Shown here piece after piece: positions 38,675-48,187 of a DNA stretch of 64,000 bases. The DNA lies in the NCBI GenBank assembly GCA_039798785.1, contig JBDKFG010000018.1:1-64000 (forward strand), written 5' to 3'. Positions within the stretch are counted from its first letter, which is position 1, and every line of letters starts with the position of its first letter. Both the position numbers and the translations under genes were made by a program. Origin of the DNA: Verrucomicrobiota bacterium. Lineage in GTDB: Bacteria; Verrucomicrobiota; Lentisphaeria; Lentisphaerales; Lentisphaeraceae. Under the pieces are notes generated by a model, which saw only the letters and a program-made list of their open reading frames with translations, was not told where the DNA came from and did no database searches.

Positions 38675-41038
38675 TTAGCGGCTTGCGCAGGACGGGCAGT
38701 GGTCCTCAGCTTCCTCGGCGAGTCCTTGCGCGAGCAGCTCTTGGCGCAACTGGCGGGTCGCGGCGACCAGCTGACGAAGTGACTCGCGCGTCTCGCTCCA
38801 GCCGCGGGTCTTCAAGCCGCAGTCGGGATTGATCCACAGGCGCTCAGCCGGCAAGTGATCCAGGGCCAGTCGGATTCGCGACGCGATTTCGGCTTGCGGT
38901 GGAACCCGGGGCGAGTGGATGTCCCAGACGCCAGGACCGAGATCGTTGGGATAGGCGCCTCCGCCGAAGTCGCGCAAGAGCTCCATGCCTGAACGGGCGG
39001 CCTCGAGCGACAGGACGTCGGCGTCGAGTTCGATGATCGCCTGGCGGATGTCGCCGAAGTCGCAGTAGCACATGTGCGAATGGATCTGGGTCAGATCGGA
39101 GACCGCCGCGGTGCTGAGGCGGAAGCAGTCGACGCTCCATTCCAGGAAGGCGATGCGGTCGCGCCGGCGCAAGGGCAGAGCTTCGCGCAGGGCGGGTTCG
39201 TCGACCTGGATCACGGCGATTCCGGCGGCCTCGAGATCCAGCACCTCGCGACGCAAGGCCAGGGCGATCTGACGGCAGGACCTCTCGAGAGGCTGGTCGT
39301 CGCGGACGAAGGACCACTTCAGGATGGTCACAGGTCCGGTGAGCATGCCTTTCACTGGTTTGAGGCTGCAGGATTGGGCGAAACGGGCCCAGTCGACGCT
39401 GATCGGCGAAGGTCTTTCGACGTCGCCAAAGAGGATGGGGGGTTTGACGCAGCGCGAGCCGTAGGACTGAACCCAGCCGGAGCGGGTGAAGGCGAATCCT
39501 TCGAGTTTCTCGCCGAAGTATTCGACCATGTCGTTGCGTTCGGCTTCGCCGTGGACGAGGACATCGAGGCCGAGTTCTTCCTGTTCGCGGATGCAGCTGC
39601 GGATTTCATCCTCGAGGAAGCGCTGATAATCCTTATCTCCGAGTTTGCCGGTCTTGTAGGCGGCACGAGCCTGGCGTATGGTCGAGGTCTGGGGGAAGGA
39701 GCCGATCGTCGTCGTCGGCAGCGGCGGCAGCTGCAGGCGCTGCGACTGCAGGGCGGCGCGATGGAGGAAGGACGAGCCTCGTCGCAGATCCTGCGGCTTG
39801 ATCTGGGACAGCCTGGCCGCGATCTCCGGCCGGTGGAGGCGGGGATCCTCCGCGCGGCTCCTGCCGGCGGCGTCGGCTGCCGCCAACTCGGCGGCGATCG
39901 CAGCCTCGCCGTCGCGCAGGCCGCGCTTCAGCAGCGCCAACTCGGCCAGCTTCTCCTCGGCAAAGGCCAGCCAGATGCGCAGATCCGGATCGAGTCGATC
40001 CTCCTCCTCCAGGCTCAGAGGGCAATGCAGGAAGGAGCACGAAGCTGAAAGCCAGAGTCTGTCGCCCAGGCACTCCTGCAGACGCCGGAGTCGGCTCAGG
40101 CTGTCGCGCAAGGCGCAGCGCCAGACGTTGCGGCCGTCGACGACGCCGACGCTGAGGACGCCGAGGCAGCGGCGCCCTAGCTCTTCGACTTCCTCCCAAC
40201 CGGCCCGGACGGCGTCGATGTGCAGGCCGTCGACATCGAGCTCCAGCGCGAGGGCGAGGTTTTCGTCGAGGGGAGCATGGCTTGCGACGAGCAGAATGCG
40301 AGGTCCCTTGGCGCTGAAGAGGGCCTGGCAGGAAGCTCGCAGCGCATCCTGCCATTCGAGCTCGAGATCGGTGCAGAGGACCGGTTCGTCAAGCTGGATC
40401 CACTCCGCCCCGGCGTCGTGAAGCTGGTCAAGCCAGGCGCGGTAGAGTGGAAGTAGTTGAGGCAGGAGGGACAGGGGGTCGAAACCGGCTTCGACGGAGC
40501 GTCCCAGCTTCAGAAAGCTCACTGGACCGAGGACCACGGGGCGCGGCGTCAGTCCCAGTCCCAAGGCGCGGCGGACGCTGTCGACGGAAGCCCGGGCGTC
40601 GAGCCGCAGCGCCATGCCGGAGCGGAATTCGGGCACGATGTAGTGGTAGTTTGTGTCGAACCACTTGCTCATTTCGAGAGCCGCGAGCCCGTATTTCTGC
40701 GAGCCGCGCGCCATGGCGAAGTATGCCTCGAGGGACAGCGGCTGGCCGACGCTGAAGAGGGGGCCATGAAAGCGGTCCGGCACCGCGCCGAGGACGGCGA
40801 GAGTGCTGAGAACATGGTCGTAGAGCGGCAGGTCGTTGCAGGGCACCTGATCCGCCCCAAGCTCGGATTGCCGCAGCCAGGCGGCTTCTTCGAGCTTGTG
40901 CGCCTGGCGCAGCAGTTCGCTGCCGTCGATCTTGCCGGCCCAATGGGCTTCGAGGGCGCTTTTCAGTTCTCTTTTGCGGCCGATGCGGGGCCAGCCGAGC
41001 GGGGTGACCTGCGCCCCTTTCTTCTTGATCTCATTCAT
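38675..41038 (-). CDS. metE: Cobalamin-independent methionine synthase
   Basis: PRIGRKRELK, KWFDTNYHY, PTTTIGSFPQT, HGEAERNDMV, HSHMCY, NPDCGLKTR; SD AGGAGA. Confidence 0.97.
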   Translation of the reverse strand: MNEIKKKGAQVTPLGWPRIGRKRELKSALEAHWAGKIDGSELLRQAHKLEEAAWLRQSELGADQVPCNDLPLYDHVLSTLAVLGAVPDRFHGPLFSVGQPLSLEAYFAMARGSQKYGLAALEMSKWFDTNYHYIVPEFRSGMALRLDARASVDSVRRALGLGLTPRPVVLGPVSFLKLGRSVEAGFDPLSLLPQLLPLYRAWLDQLHDAGAEWIQLDEPVLCTDLELEWQDALRASCQALFSAKGPRILLVASHAPLDENLALALELDVDGLHIDAVRAGWEEVEELGRRCLGVLSVGVVDGRNVWRCALRDSLSRLRRLQECLGDRLWLSASCSFLHCPLSLEEEDRLDPDLRIWLAFAEEKLAELALLKRGLRDGEAAIAAELAAADAAGRSRAEDPRLHRPEIAARLSQIKPQDLRRGSSFLHRAALQSQRLQLPPLPTTTIGSFPQTSTIRQARAAYKTGKLGDKDYQRFLEDEIRSCIREQEELGLDVLVHGEAERNDMVEYFGEKLEGFAFTRSGWVQSYGSRCVKPPILFGDVERPSPISVDWARFAQSCSLKPVKGMLTGPVTILKWSFVRDDQPLERSCRQIALALRREVLDLEAAGIAVIQVDEPALREALPLRRRDRIAFLEWSVDCFRLSTAAVSDLTQIHSHMCYCDFGDIRQAIIELDADVLSLEAARSGMELLRDFGGGAYPNDLGPGVWDIHSPRVPPQAEIASRIRLALDHLPAERLWINPDCGLKTRGWSETRESLRQLVAATRQLRQELLAQGLAEEAEDHCPSCASR

Positions 41039-41097
41039 CTCATTTCTCCTGTTCGCGAGGATGGGGTGAAGCTGCGATTCTCGCAAATCGGCAGCGG

Positions 41098-41266
41098 CGC
41101 AGGCAGGTCTTCCGGCTCCGGATCCGTTCTTCCGCCTTCCCGCTTGCGCAATGGCCTTCTGGAAGTGCGTCTGCATCCGTCACGGCGGCGCGCCCGCCGG
41201 GGCTTCCCACCCCGTTCCCTTTTCACCGGCTCCAGCCTCCCGGGGGAGGCCGCCGACACCTGTCGC
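41098..41266 (-). promoter_or_regulatory. Cobalamin (B12) riboswitch
   Basis: Minus strand AGGT...AAAAGGGAA-CGGGGTGGGAAGCCCCG...GCCGCCGTGA...GCCATTG...GGGAAGG...GAGCCGGAAGACCTGCC (B12 box), directly upstream of metE. Confidence 0.92.
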
Positions 41267-41307
41267 CAGCCGAAAGTCTAGACTCTCTTCTCCTTCTTTC
41301 AATCTGA

Positions 41308-41327
41308 ATATCCGAATATTTGAATAT
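41308..41327. promoter_or_regulatory. Imperfect 20-bp palindromic operator upstream of the riboswitch
   Basis: ATATCCGAATATTTGAATAT. Confidence 0.45.
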
Positions 41328-41398
41328 ATGACGCAGCTTGGCATTCGTCGGGGTTAGGGCTTATCTTGGTCGTGCTCAGCTCAACACCAAGGACGAAC

Positions 41399-41749
41399 AT
41401 GACTGACAGTGATCTCGAACTGCCGCCGCCGACTCAGGATGAAAAGATGCTCTCGGTGCTCTGCCATATTTCGTTTTTTCTCGGGCTCTCCTTGTTGCTG
41501 CCCTTGGTCGTCTACCTGATCAAGAAGGATGAGTCTGCCCATGTCGCTTATCATGCCAAGGAGGCGCTCAATGCGGCGCTCAGCTATCTCTGTTATTCCT
41601 TGATTTGCATTCCTCTCTGCTTCATCTTGATCGGCATTCCGCTGCTGATTGCCTTGCTCATCCTGAACTGTGTCGTCGCCATTGTCGCCACGGTGAAGGC
41701 CATCGACAACATTCCTTACCGCTACCCGATGATCTTCCGTCTGGTTTGA
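41399..41749 (+). CDS. DUF4870 membrane protein
   Basis: LCH, PLVVYLIKKDES..HAKEALN, YRYP. Confidence 0.85.
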   Translation: MTDSDLELPPPTQDEKMLSVLCHISFFLGLSLLLPLVVYLIKKDESAHVAYHAKEALNAALSYLCYSLICIPLCFILIGIPLLIALLILNCVVAIVATVKAIDNIPYRYPMIFRLV

Positions 41750-41757
41750 GCCCGCCG

Positions 41758-42402
41758 ATGATCCCGATTCTCTATCAGGACGAGCGCTGCATCGTCGTCG
41801 ACAAGCCGCGCGGCATGATGGTGCATCGCGGCAGCCAGCCTTGCGAGGATTCTGAAGTCCTTTTGCAATCCTTGCGTGATCAGGCCGGACTCAAGGTCTA
41901 TGTCGTCCATCGTCTTGACCGGCCGACCTCAGGAATCATCCTGCTTGCCTTGGATCCTGCCGCCGAGGCCGGGCTTCGAGCTCAGTTCGAGCAGCGGCGC
42001 ACTTCCAAGACCTATCTCGCCGTCTGCCGTGGCGACCCGGGGGAATCGGGTCTGATCGACAACATGATGAGTGGACGTGACCAGGAGCCGGATCGCCTGG
42101 TCCGATGCGTCACCGCCTGGAAGCGTCTCGCTCTGGCCGATGCCGGCCATCTTTCCCTTGTCGAAGTCGTTCCCGAGACTGGTCGTTTCCATCAGATCAG
42201 ACGTCATTTCGCCGGCCTCGGCCACCCCCTCCTTGGCGATTGGCTCTATGGCGATCACGATCTCAACAGGACTTGGGAGGAACGTGGCGTCGCCCGCCTC
42301 ATGCTGCACGCTCTTTCCCTGGCTTTTTTTCATCCCGACGATTCGCGGCTGATTCAACTCAGCGCTCCGTGGCCGGCGGAATTCGCTCGTTTTCGCTCCT
42401 GA
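41758..42402 (+). CDS. RluA/TruC-family pseudouridine synthase
   Basis: VDKPRG..VH, HRLDRPTSG, TGRFHQIRRH, GHPLLGD..YG, LMLHA. Confidence 0.9.
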   Translation: MIPILYQDERCIVVDKPRGMMVHRGSQPCEDSEVLLQSLRDQAGLKVYVVHRLDRPTSGIILLALDPAAEAGLRAQFEQRRTSKTYLAVCRGDPGESGLIDNMMSGRDQEPDRLVRCVTAWKRLALADAGHLSLVEVVPETGRFHQIRRHFAGLGHPLLGDWLYGDHDLNRTWEERGVARLMLHALSLAFFHPDDSRLIQLSAPWPAEFARFRS

Positions 42403-42484
42403 ACACTGTCAATCCGCTTGTGTGGGGGGGATGCCCATGTCATATTGGAAAATTCCAAAAACAGGACATTCCCAGGAGACAGCC

Positions 42485-43927
42485 GTGATTGATGAATTGG
42501 TGGAGCCCGGAGCGCTCAGCGTTTTCGACCTCGTGAAAATCGGCGTCGGCCCTTCAAGTTCGCACACCATGGGGCCATGGACCGCGATGCTTGATTTCGT
42601 CAAGCGCCTGGAAGCTTCGGGCAGGCTGAAGCAGGTGGTTTCGGTGAGGGTCGAGCTCTTCGGCTCTCTCGCCAAGACTGGCCGCGGCCACGGCACCCAT
42701 GTCGCCGTCCAGATGGGCTTGCTCGGCGAAAGCATCACCGAGACCGACATCCCTGCCATGCCAGGCAAGCTCGATCGCATCCGCGACAGCCAACGCCTTC
42801 TTCTGGGCGGGGTCCAGGACATCGCCTTCGATCCGAAAATGGCGATCATCAACGACATCGATCGCCCTTGCCCGGTGCATGCCAATACTCTGCAGGCCAC
42901 CGCCGTTTTCGCCGACGGCTCACGCCATTGGGAGACCTATTATTCCATCGGTGGCGGCTTCATCCAGCGCGAAGGGGAGGGGCCCAAGGCTTCCGCCTCG
43001 GTCAAGCTGCCGCATCCGGTCAGTCGCGGAGCCGAGCTGGCCCGTTGGTGCGAGCTGGAGAAGGTTCCGATCTGGGCGATCAGCCGTCGCAACGAACGCA
43101 TCTGGCGCAGCGACGCCCTCATCGACGCGACTCTCGACAAGCTTTTCGAGACCATGATCGAAGCGATCTATCTTGGCTGCCATACCGACGGCATCCTGCC
43201 TGGCGGCCTGGATGTCCGCCGCCGCGCCAAGGGCATCCATGACCGCCTGATGGCGGGACGCAGCTACAGCAATCGTAAGGAATGGCTGAAGCAGATGCGT
43301 CAGACCCCGAGCGACCTCGCCACCTCGACCTCGTGGATCACCTGTTTCGCTCTCGCCGTCAACGAGGTCAATGCCTCCTACGGACGCATCGTCACCGCCC
43401 CCACCAACGGCGCCTGCGGTGTCATCCCGGCGGTCTTGTTCCATTATTGGTGCTTCACTCCAGGCGCCACTCAGGACGACGTCCGCAACTTCATCCTTGT
43501 CGCCGGCGAGATCGGCTGCCTGTTCAAGAAGGGCGCCACCATTTCCGCCGCCGCCGGCGGTTGCCAGGCCGAGATCGGCGTCAGCTCATCGATGGCCGCC
43601 GCCGCTCTGACCGCAGTGAAAGGCGGCAGCGCAGGGCAGTCCTTGATGGCCGCCGAAATCGCCATGGAGCACCACCTCGGCCTCACCTGCGACCCCGTCG
43701 GCGGCCTGGTGCAGATCCCCTGCATCGAGCGTAACTCGATGGGCGCGATGAAAGCGATCACCGCCTGCCAGATCGCGCTCTTCGGATCTCCTGAGGACGC
43801 CAAGGTGTCGCTCGACGCCGTCGTCGGCACCATGCTCGAGACCGCCCGCAACATGGATCACCGCTACAAGGAGACCGCCGAAGGCGGCCTTGCTCTGCGC
43901 GTCCCGGTGAACCTGCCAGACTGTTAA
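42485..43927 (+). CDS. sdaA: L-serine ammonia-lyase (Fe-S, single chain)
   Basis: [64 protein letters not shown] start after AGGAGA. Confidence 0.95.
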   Translation: MIDELVEPGALSVFDLVKIGVGPSSSHTMGPWTAMLDFVKRLEASGRLKQVVSVRVELFGSLAKTGRGHGTHVAVQMGLLGESITETDIPAMPGKLDRIRDSQRLLLGGVQDIAFDPKMAIINDIDRPCPVHANTLQATAVFADGSRHWETYYSIGGGFIQREGEGPKASASVKLPHPVSRGAELARWCELEKVPIWAISRRNERIWRSDALIDATLDKLFETMIEAIYLGCHTDGILPGGLDVRRRAKGIHDRLMAGRSYSNRKEWLKQMRQTPSDLATSTSWITCFALAVNEVNASYGRIVTAPTNGACGVIPAVLFHYWCFTPGATQDDVRNFILVAGEIGCLFKKGATISAAAGGCQAEIGVSSSMAAAALTAVKGGSAGQSLMAAEIAMEHHLGLTCDPVGGLVQIPCIERNSMGAMKAITACQIALFGSPEDAKVSLDAVVGTMLETARNMDHRYKETAEGGLALRVPVNLPDC

Positions 43928-43945
43928 AAACCTTGAATTTCGAAC

Positions 43946-43973
43946 TTGACAAGGCGGTCATTTCTCCTACTTT
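43946..43973 (+). promoter_or_regulatory. Sigma70 promoter of tRNA-Thr
   Basis: TTGACA-16 nt-TACTTT. Confidence 0.7.
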
Positions 43974-43991
43974 GCGATTCTTCATCCACTG

Positions 43992-44067
43992 GCCGGCTTA
44001 GCTCAGTTGGTAGAGCAGCTGACTTGTAATCAGCAGGTCATCGGTTCGAGTCCGATAGCCGGCTCCA
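43992..44067 (+). tRNA. tRNA-Thr (anticodon TGT)
   Basis: 76 nt; GCCGGCT acceptor stem, D-loop AGTTGGTA, anticodon arm GCTGA-CTTGTAA-TCAGC, GGTTCGAGTCC, encoded CCA. Confidence 0.97.
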
Positions 44068-44087
44068 GGGAAGAAGCTGGAAATCAA

Positions 44088-44116
44088 GCTCTTGCAACAC
44101 TGCGAGGGCTTTTTCT
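44088..44116 (+). terminator. Terminator after tRNA-Thr
   Basis: AGCTCTTGCA-acac-TGCGAGGGCT followed by T run. Confidence 0.65.
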
Positions 44117-44168
44117 GTGCATGTATGGTGTCTTGAGCGGTGCCAAAAGCCGTCGGATCCAGAAGGGG

Positions 44169-45224
44169 TCAGAGACTCTTGTTGGCAAGCTGGCCGCAGG
44201 CGGCGGCGATGTCTTGTCCGAAGGAATAACGGCGGGTGACTTTGAATCCCTGTTCTTGCAAGATTTCCTGGAAGCGCAGCATGCGCGAGTGAAGTGTCGG
44301 TTGGAAGACGTCGCGGGAATCGGAGGCGTTGTAAGGAATCAGGTTGATATGGGTGTCTAGGCCGCGGAGGAAGTCGACGAGGCGGCGGGCGTGCTCTTCG
44401 CTGTCGTTGCGGTCGCGGAAGAGGGTGAACTGGATCAGGAGGTCAGACTGACGGATCTTCTGGATCTGCACGAGGGCGGCACGAAGTTCGTCGAGATTAT
44501 GCCTCTGGTTGATCGGCATGATCGGAGTCCGGGTGTCATCGTCGGCGGCGTGCAGCGACAGAGCGAGTCGGACTTGCGGGAAACGTTCTGCGAAGGCAAG
44601 CATCTCCTTTGGCAGGCCAAGCGAGGATACGGTGACCCGCGAAGGCGAGAGGGCGAAGGCGACGGGATCGACCAGCAGGGCGACGGCCTCCTCGACGGCT
44701 TCCTGGTTGCGCAGGGGTTCGCCCATTCCCATGAAGACGACGTTGCGGGGGCGTCGACCTTCGGCGGCGAGAAGACGTCCGGCGGTGACCACCTGGGCGA
44801 GGATCTCGGCGCTGCTGAGGTTTCGTTTGAATCCGAGGCGTCCGGTGGAGCAGAAGGAGCATTTCTCTGTGCAACCGACCTGGGAGGAGATGCAGAGCGT
44901 GGTGCGGCCGGTTCCGGCCCGCATGATCACGGTTTCGATCTTCAGTCCGTCGCGGGTGCCGAGGAGGAGTTTCGAAGAGTTGTCGAGGCGGGAGTCCTGG
45001 CGTTCAATGATCTCGAGCGTCGGGATCGGAAAGTGCTCCTTGCAGGCGTCGCGCGTCGCCTCTCCGATCACCATCTGGTCGTAGTCCTGGTGAAGCTGGA
45101 AGACGCCGTTGCGGACGGCGCGCATGTCTCCAAGCGGAAGCTTGCGGCGTTGGAAGAACCGTTCGAGCTGATCGCGGATCTGGAGAGGCGGGAAGCTGTG
45201 GCTCGGCGGCGGGACGTCGGTCAT
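44169..45224 (-). CDS. rlmN: Radical SAM RNA methyltransferase RlmN family
   Basis: CISSQVGCTEKCSFC, MGMGEP, LSLHA, INLIPYN, DIAAACGQL. Confidence 0.9.
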   Translation of the reverse strand: MTDVPPPSHSFPPLQIRDQLERFFQRRKLPLGDMRAVRNGVFQLHQDYDQMVIGEATRDACKEHFPIPTLEIIERQDSRLDNSSKLLLGTRDGLKIETVIMRAGTGRTTLCISSQVGCTEKCSFCSTGRLGFKRNLSSAEILAQVVTAGRLLAAEGRRPRNVVFMGMGEPLRNQEAVEEAVALLVDPVAFALSPSRVTVSSLGLPKEMLAFAERFPQVRLALSLHAADDDTRTPIMPINQRHNLDELRAALVQIQKIRQSDLLIQFTLFRDRNDSEEHARRLVDFLRGLDTHINLIPYNASDSRDVFQPTLHSRMLRFQEILQEQGFKVTRRYSFGQDIAAACGQLANKSL

Positions 45225-45364
45225 GATCTGGGCCTGGTTTTTGATTGCCCCGGACTCTAGCCGGAAATCGCTGATTGTCATCGTCGCGCTTGCCCAAGCG
45301 GGAGGAGGGATTAGGATGAAGATCATCGACTTTCCCTTCACCGCAGCAGCCCGCAAGATTCTCC

Positions 45365-46147
45365 ATGCACATCCTTCTCTGCAACGACGATTCCCTCTCT
45401 TCTCCACTTCTGGCCATTGTCGCCGCCGTTTTCGGCGAAGGTCATCGTCTCAGCATTGTCGCGCCGCTCGAGGAACAGAGCTGGACCGGCAAGGCGATGA
45501 GCCGCTGGGAGACTTTGAGCCTTAATCAGACCGAGCTCGCCGGATATCCCGCGTTCACTCTTGACGGGCGTCCCGCCGACTGCGTCAACTGGGGCATCCA
45601 CCATGCGCCCGCGGGCCGTCCCGATCTGGTGGTCAGCGGTATCAACATCGGTCATAACTGCGGCCTTGGTTTCCTCTTCAGTTCAGGCACCATCGGAGCC
45701 GCCCTTGAGGCGAACATCCAGGGGCTGCCGGCCCTGGCTCTGTCTCGTCTGATGCGGCCGGAGGATTACCAGGAGTGGGCCCGCCATCGCTGCTTCAGCT
45801 CCGCCACACTTGATCGAATCCTGCCGCAGTGTCGTGCGGTTCTTGAAAAGATCGAACTGGAGCTGCTCTGCCGCCCTGGCTTCCTCAGTGACCCTGTCAC
45901 CTGGTGCATTGATCTCCCCGAGCAGCTCGCCCCGGATTGGCGCTTGCGTCCGGCACGGCGCGGTCATAGTTGGTACGGATCCCTCTTCGAGCGCCGCGAC
46001 GACGGTCTCTGGCGGCACCATTTAAAAAGCTATGTCCAGGAAGAGGCGTCGGACGCCGATGGTCCTTGTGTCCGCGCCGGCCATGTCGCCGTCTCTCGCA
46101 TTGATCTGCGCCAACTCGGGCAAGTTGTCCCGGACTTTGAATCCTAA
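45365..46147 (+). CDS. surE: 5'/3'-nucleotidase SurE (divergent)
   Basis: ILLCNDD, VAP..EQS, GRPADCV, DLVVSGINIGHN, SGTIGAALEA. Confidence 0.85.
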   Translation: MHILLCNDDSLSSPLLAIVAAVFGEGHRLSIVAPLEEQSWTGKAMSRWETLSLNQTELAGYPAFTLDGRPADCVNWGIHHAPAGRPDLVVSGINIGHNCGLGFLFSSGTIGAALEANIQGLPALALSRLMRPEDYQEWARHRCFSSATLDRILPQCRAVLEKIELELLCRPGFLSDPVTWCIDLPEQLAPDWRLRPARRGHSWYGSLFERRDDGLWRHHLKSYVQEEASDADGPCVRAGHVAVSRIDLRQLGQVVPDFES

Positions 46148-46442
46148 TCAATGTCTCGGCTGGGTTTTTGTAATACCTTGAGCATCGGAAATATTTTCCT
46201 TGAAGTGCCATATTCATGCCCCGCATGATCTTCAATTTCGGCTTTAATTATATGTATAAGTTGTTAATTGTAAATTTATTATGAAATATTAACATTGCTA
46301 AATCAGTACTGTATATATTAATTTTTTTTTGGTTGAAAATAAACCTCAAAAGGGTGCTAAAATGATCTTGCGGCGGGGATCTCTTCCGGTTTATAATTCA
46401 GTGTGGGACTGACAAGCCCTCAAACAACCCAGGAGGATGATT

Positions 46443-47030
46443 ATGGGACGTCGTAAAATGACCCCGGAACAGCGCATGAACTCGCCTTTGCGCGAGAAGT
46501 TGCTGGCGGCCAGCGCGGATCTTTTTGGTCAAGAAGGGATCACGCCGGTTGGAGTCGACCGGATTGCCGCCAAGGCGAAGGTTGCTAAGATGTCGCTCTA
46601 TCACTACTTCAAATCCAAGGATCAGTTGGTCACGGCTTATTTGCGCAGGCTGGCCGAGCAGCAATCGGCGGCATTGGATCTTGAGGTCAAGGATCGGGAT
46701 CCGAGAGAGTCGATTTTGGGTTTGTTTGACGTCGCGCTGAAGGAGTTCAAGCGTCCTGGCTTTCGTGGCTGCGCCTTGAGCAGCGCCTCTACCGAGCTTG
46801 GGCCGTCGGCGGCGGATCAGCAGGCGGTTATCCTGGAAGCCAAGGAAGCGATTCGGGCGAGAATCGAGGGTTGGGCGAGGGAGGCCGGGATTCCCGACGC
46901 CCGTGATGTGGCATATCAGATCATTCTTCTGCGGGAAGGCTCGATGATACTGGCATGGATGGAGAGTTTTCATGAGCCCATCGTGCGGGCGAGGCGCCAG
47001 GCCGCCAAGATCATCGGAGCCGCTCCTTGA
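46443..47030 (+). CDS. TetR/AcrR family transcriptional regulator
   Basis: HTH GVDRIAAKAKVAKMSLYHYFKSKDQL, FRGC motif; SD AGGAGG. Confidence 0.9.
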   Translation: MGRRKMTPEQRMNSPLREKLLAASADLFGQEGITPVGVDRIAAKAKVAKMSLYHYFKSKDQLVTAYLRRLAEQQSAALDLEVKDRDPRESILGLFDVALKEFKRPGFRGCALSSASTELGPSAADQQAVILEAKEAIRARIEGWAREAGIPDARDVAYQIILLREGSMILAWMESFHEPIVRARRQAAKIIGAAP

Positions 47031-47055
47031 TCACAGCTTTGACGGCGGATAGAGA

Positions 47056-47081
47056 GGACGGGACCCGGTCGGGTCCCGTCC
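47056..47081. terminator. Hairpin between convergent tetR and NUDIX genes
   Basis: GGACGGGACCCG-gt-CGGGTCCCGTCC. Confidence 0.7.
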
Positions 47082-47103
47082 TTCATTCCGGAGGTTCCGT
47101 GGC

Positions 47104-47640
47104 TCAGGAGATGTCGCCGCCTTGGGCTTCGATCCGGCCGAGGCAGCGGTCGTGGGCTTCGACGAAGAGTTCGCGGTAGCGGTGGATCCAAGGCACCATC
47201 AGGGCCTGTTGGAAGGTGACGAGGCGGCGTTCGACGATTTCGTCATCGCCGGTGAAGTCGTCGAGGTGGCCGAGGTTGCCCCAATAGAAGACCGAGACGC
47301 TGACCGGGAAGGGGCGTGTGTAGTTATCTGGCTTCGGTCCGATGGCGGTGCGGCGGAGCATGCCGAGCTGGAAGATGTCTGAGACGACGCCCTGCGACTC
47401 TTCGTAGAGTTCGCGGTGCATGGCGCATTCGCTGCCTTCTCCGGGTTCGCGATGGCCTCCTGGGCACTCCCAGCCGCGTTCGCGGTGGCGCACGGTCAGG
47501 AGACGGCCCCGGATGAAGAAGAAGCCGTGGACGGTGGTGACGATCTCGGCCTTCGCCGACTCGCTGGAGATGAGATGCTCGACGGTGTTCTCGAAGGGCA
47601 GCCAGTGGACGTTTTTCATCACTTTTACAACCCGTTCCAT
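47104..47640 (-). CDS. NUDIX hydrolase
   Basis: Nudix box GGHREPGEGSECAMHRELYEESQG; start MERVVK after GGAG. Confidence 0.8.
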   Translation of the reverse strand: MERVVKVMKNVHWLPFENTVEHLISSESAKAEIVTTVHGFFFIRGRLLTVRHRERGWECPGGHREPGEGSECAMHRELYEESQGVVSDIFQLGMLRRTAIGPKPDNYTRPFPVSVSVFYWGNLGHLDDFTGDDEIVERRLVTFQQALMVPWIHRYRELFVEAHDRCLGRIEAQGGDIS

Positions 47641-47866
47641 CAGCAGACTCCTGCTGCGGGGATGGCTGCGGCCGGTGCCGAATGGATGTGCAGTTTCATT
47701 GTCGCTCCGAAATTTCTGATCATCGAAGATACATGCCGGGTTAACATCGGCCACCACCGGCAAGAACTTTGAGGGATTTTGCGGCTGCGATTCCGTCGCT
47801 TGCGCAGCTTTGGACATCCTCGTCTGAGGCCGTTATAGTCATGGGTAATCCATCCGGGAGAGACGA

Positions 47867-48187
47867 ATGAAGACGGTGACCGTGTATGATCCGGCGATGT
47901 GTTGTAGCAGCGGCATCTGCGGGCCTTCCGTCGATCCTGATCTGGTGAACTTGGCGGCGCTGCTCAAGGAACTGCGATCGGGCGGCCTGGCGGCGACGCA
48001 TCGCTACGGGCTGTCGAGCCATCCTCTGAAGTTTGCGGAAGAGCCGATCCGGAGCCTTCTGGAGCGCCGCGGGGACGCGGCTTTGCCGGCGCTCTTTGTC
48101 GATGGCGAGCTCTTCTTGTCCGGCCATTATCCTGGCGAGATCGAGAGGCAGATGCTGCGGCTGCGTCTTGCCCAAGGCGAATCATGA
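47867..48187 (+). CDS. arsD: Arsenite metallochaperone ArsD
   Basis: YDPAMCCSSGICGPSVD; LP..FVDGE..GHYP. Confidence 0.9.
   Translation: MKTVTVYDPAMCCSSGICGPSVDPDLVNLAALLKELRSGGLAATHRYGLSSHPLKFAEEPIRSLLERRGDAALPALFVDGELFLSGHYPGEIERQMLRLRLAQGES

Noticed and set aside
41039..41176. N-terminal extension of MetE in the ORF track
   Set aside because: It is the riboswitch and leader; the SD supports the start at 41038
44050..44120. tRNA-Thr as an integration site for a genomic island
   Set aside because: No adjacent integrase and no second copy of the tRNA 3' end seen; housekeeping rlmN follows directly
44007..44360. 117-aa ORF in the track
   Set aside because: Overlaps tRNA-Thr and is antisense to rlmN
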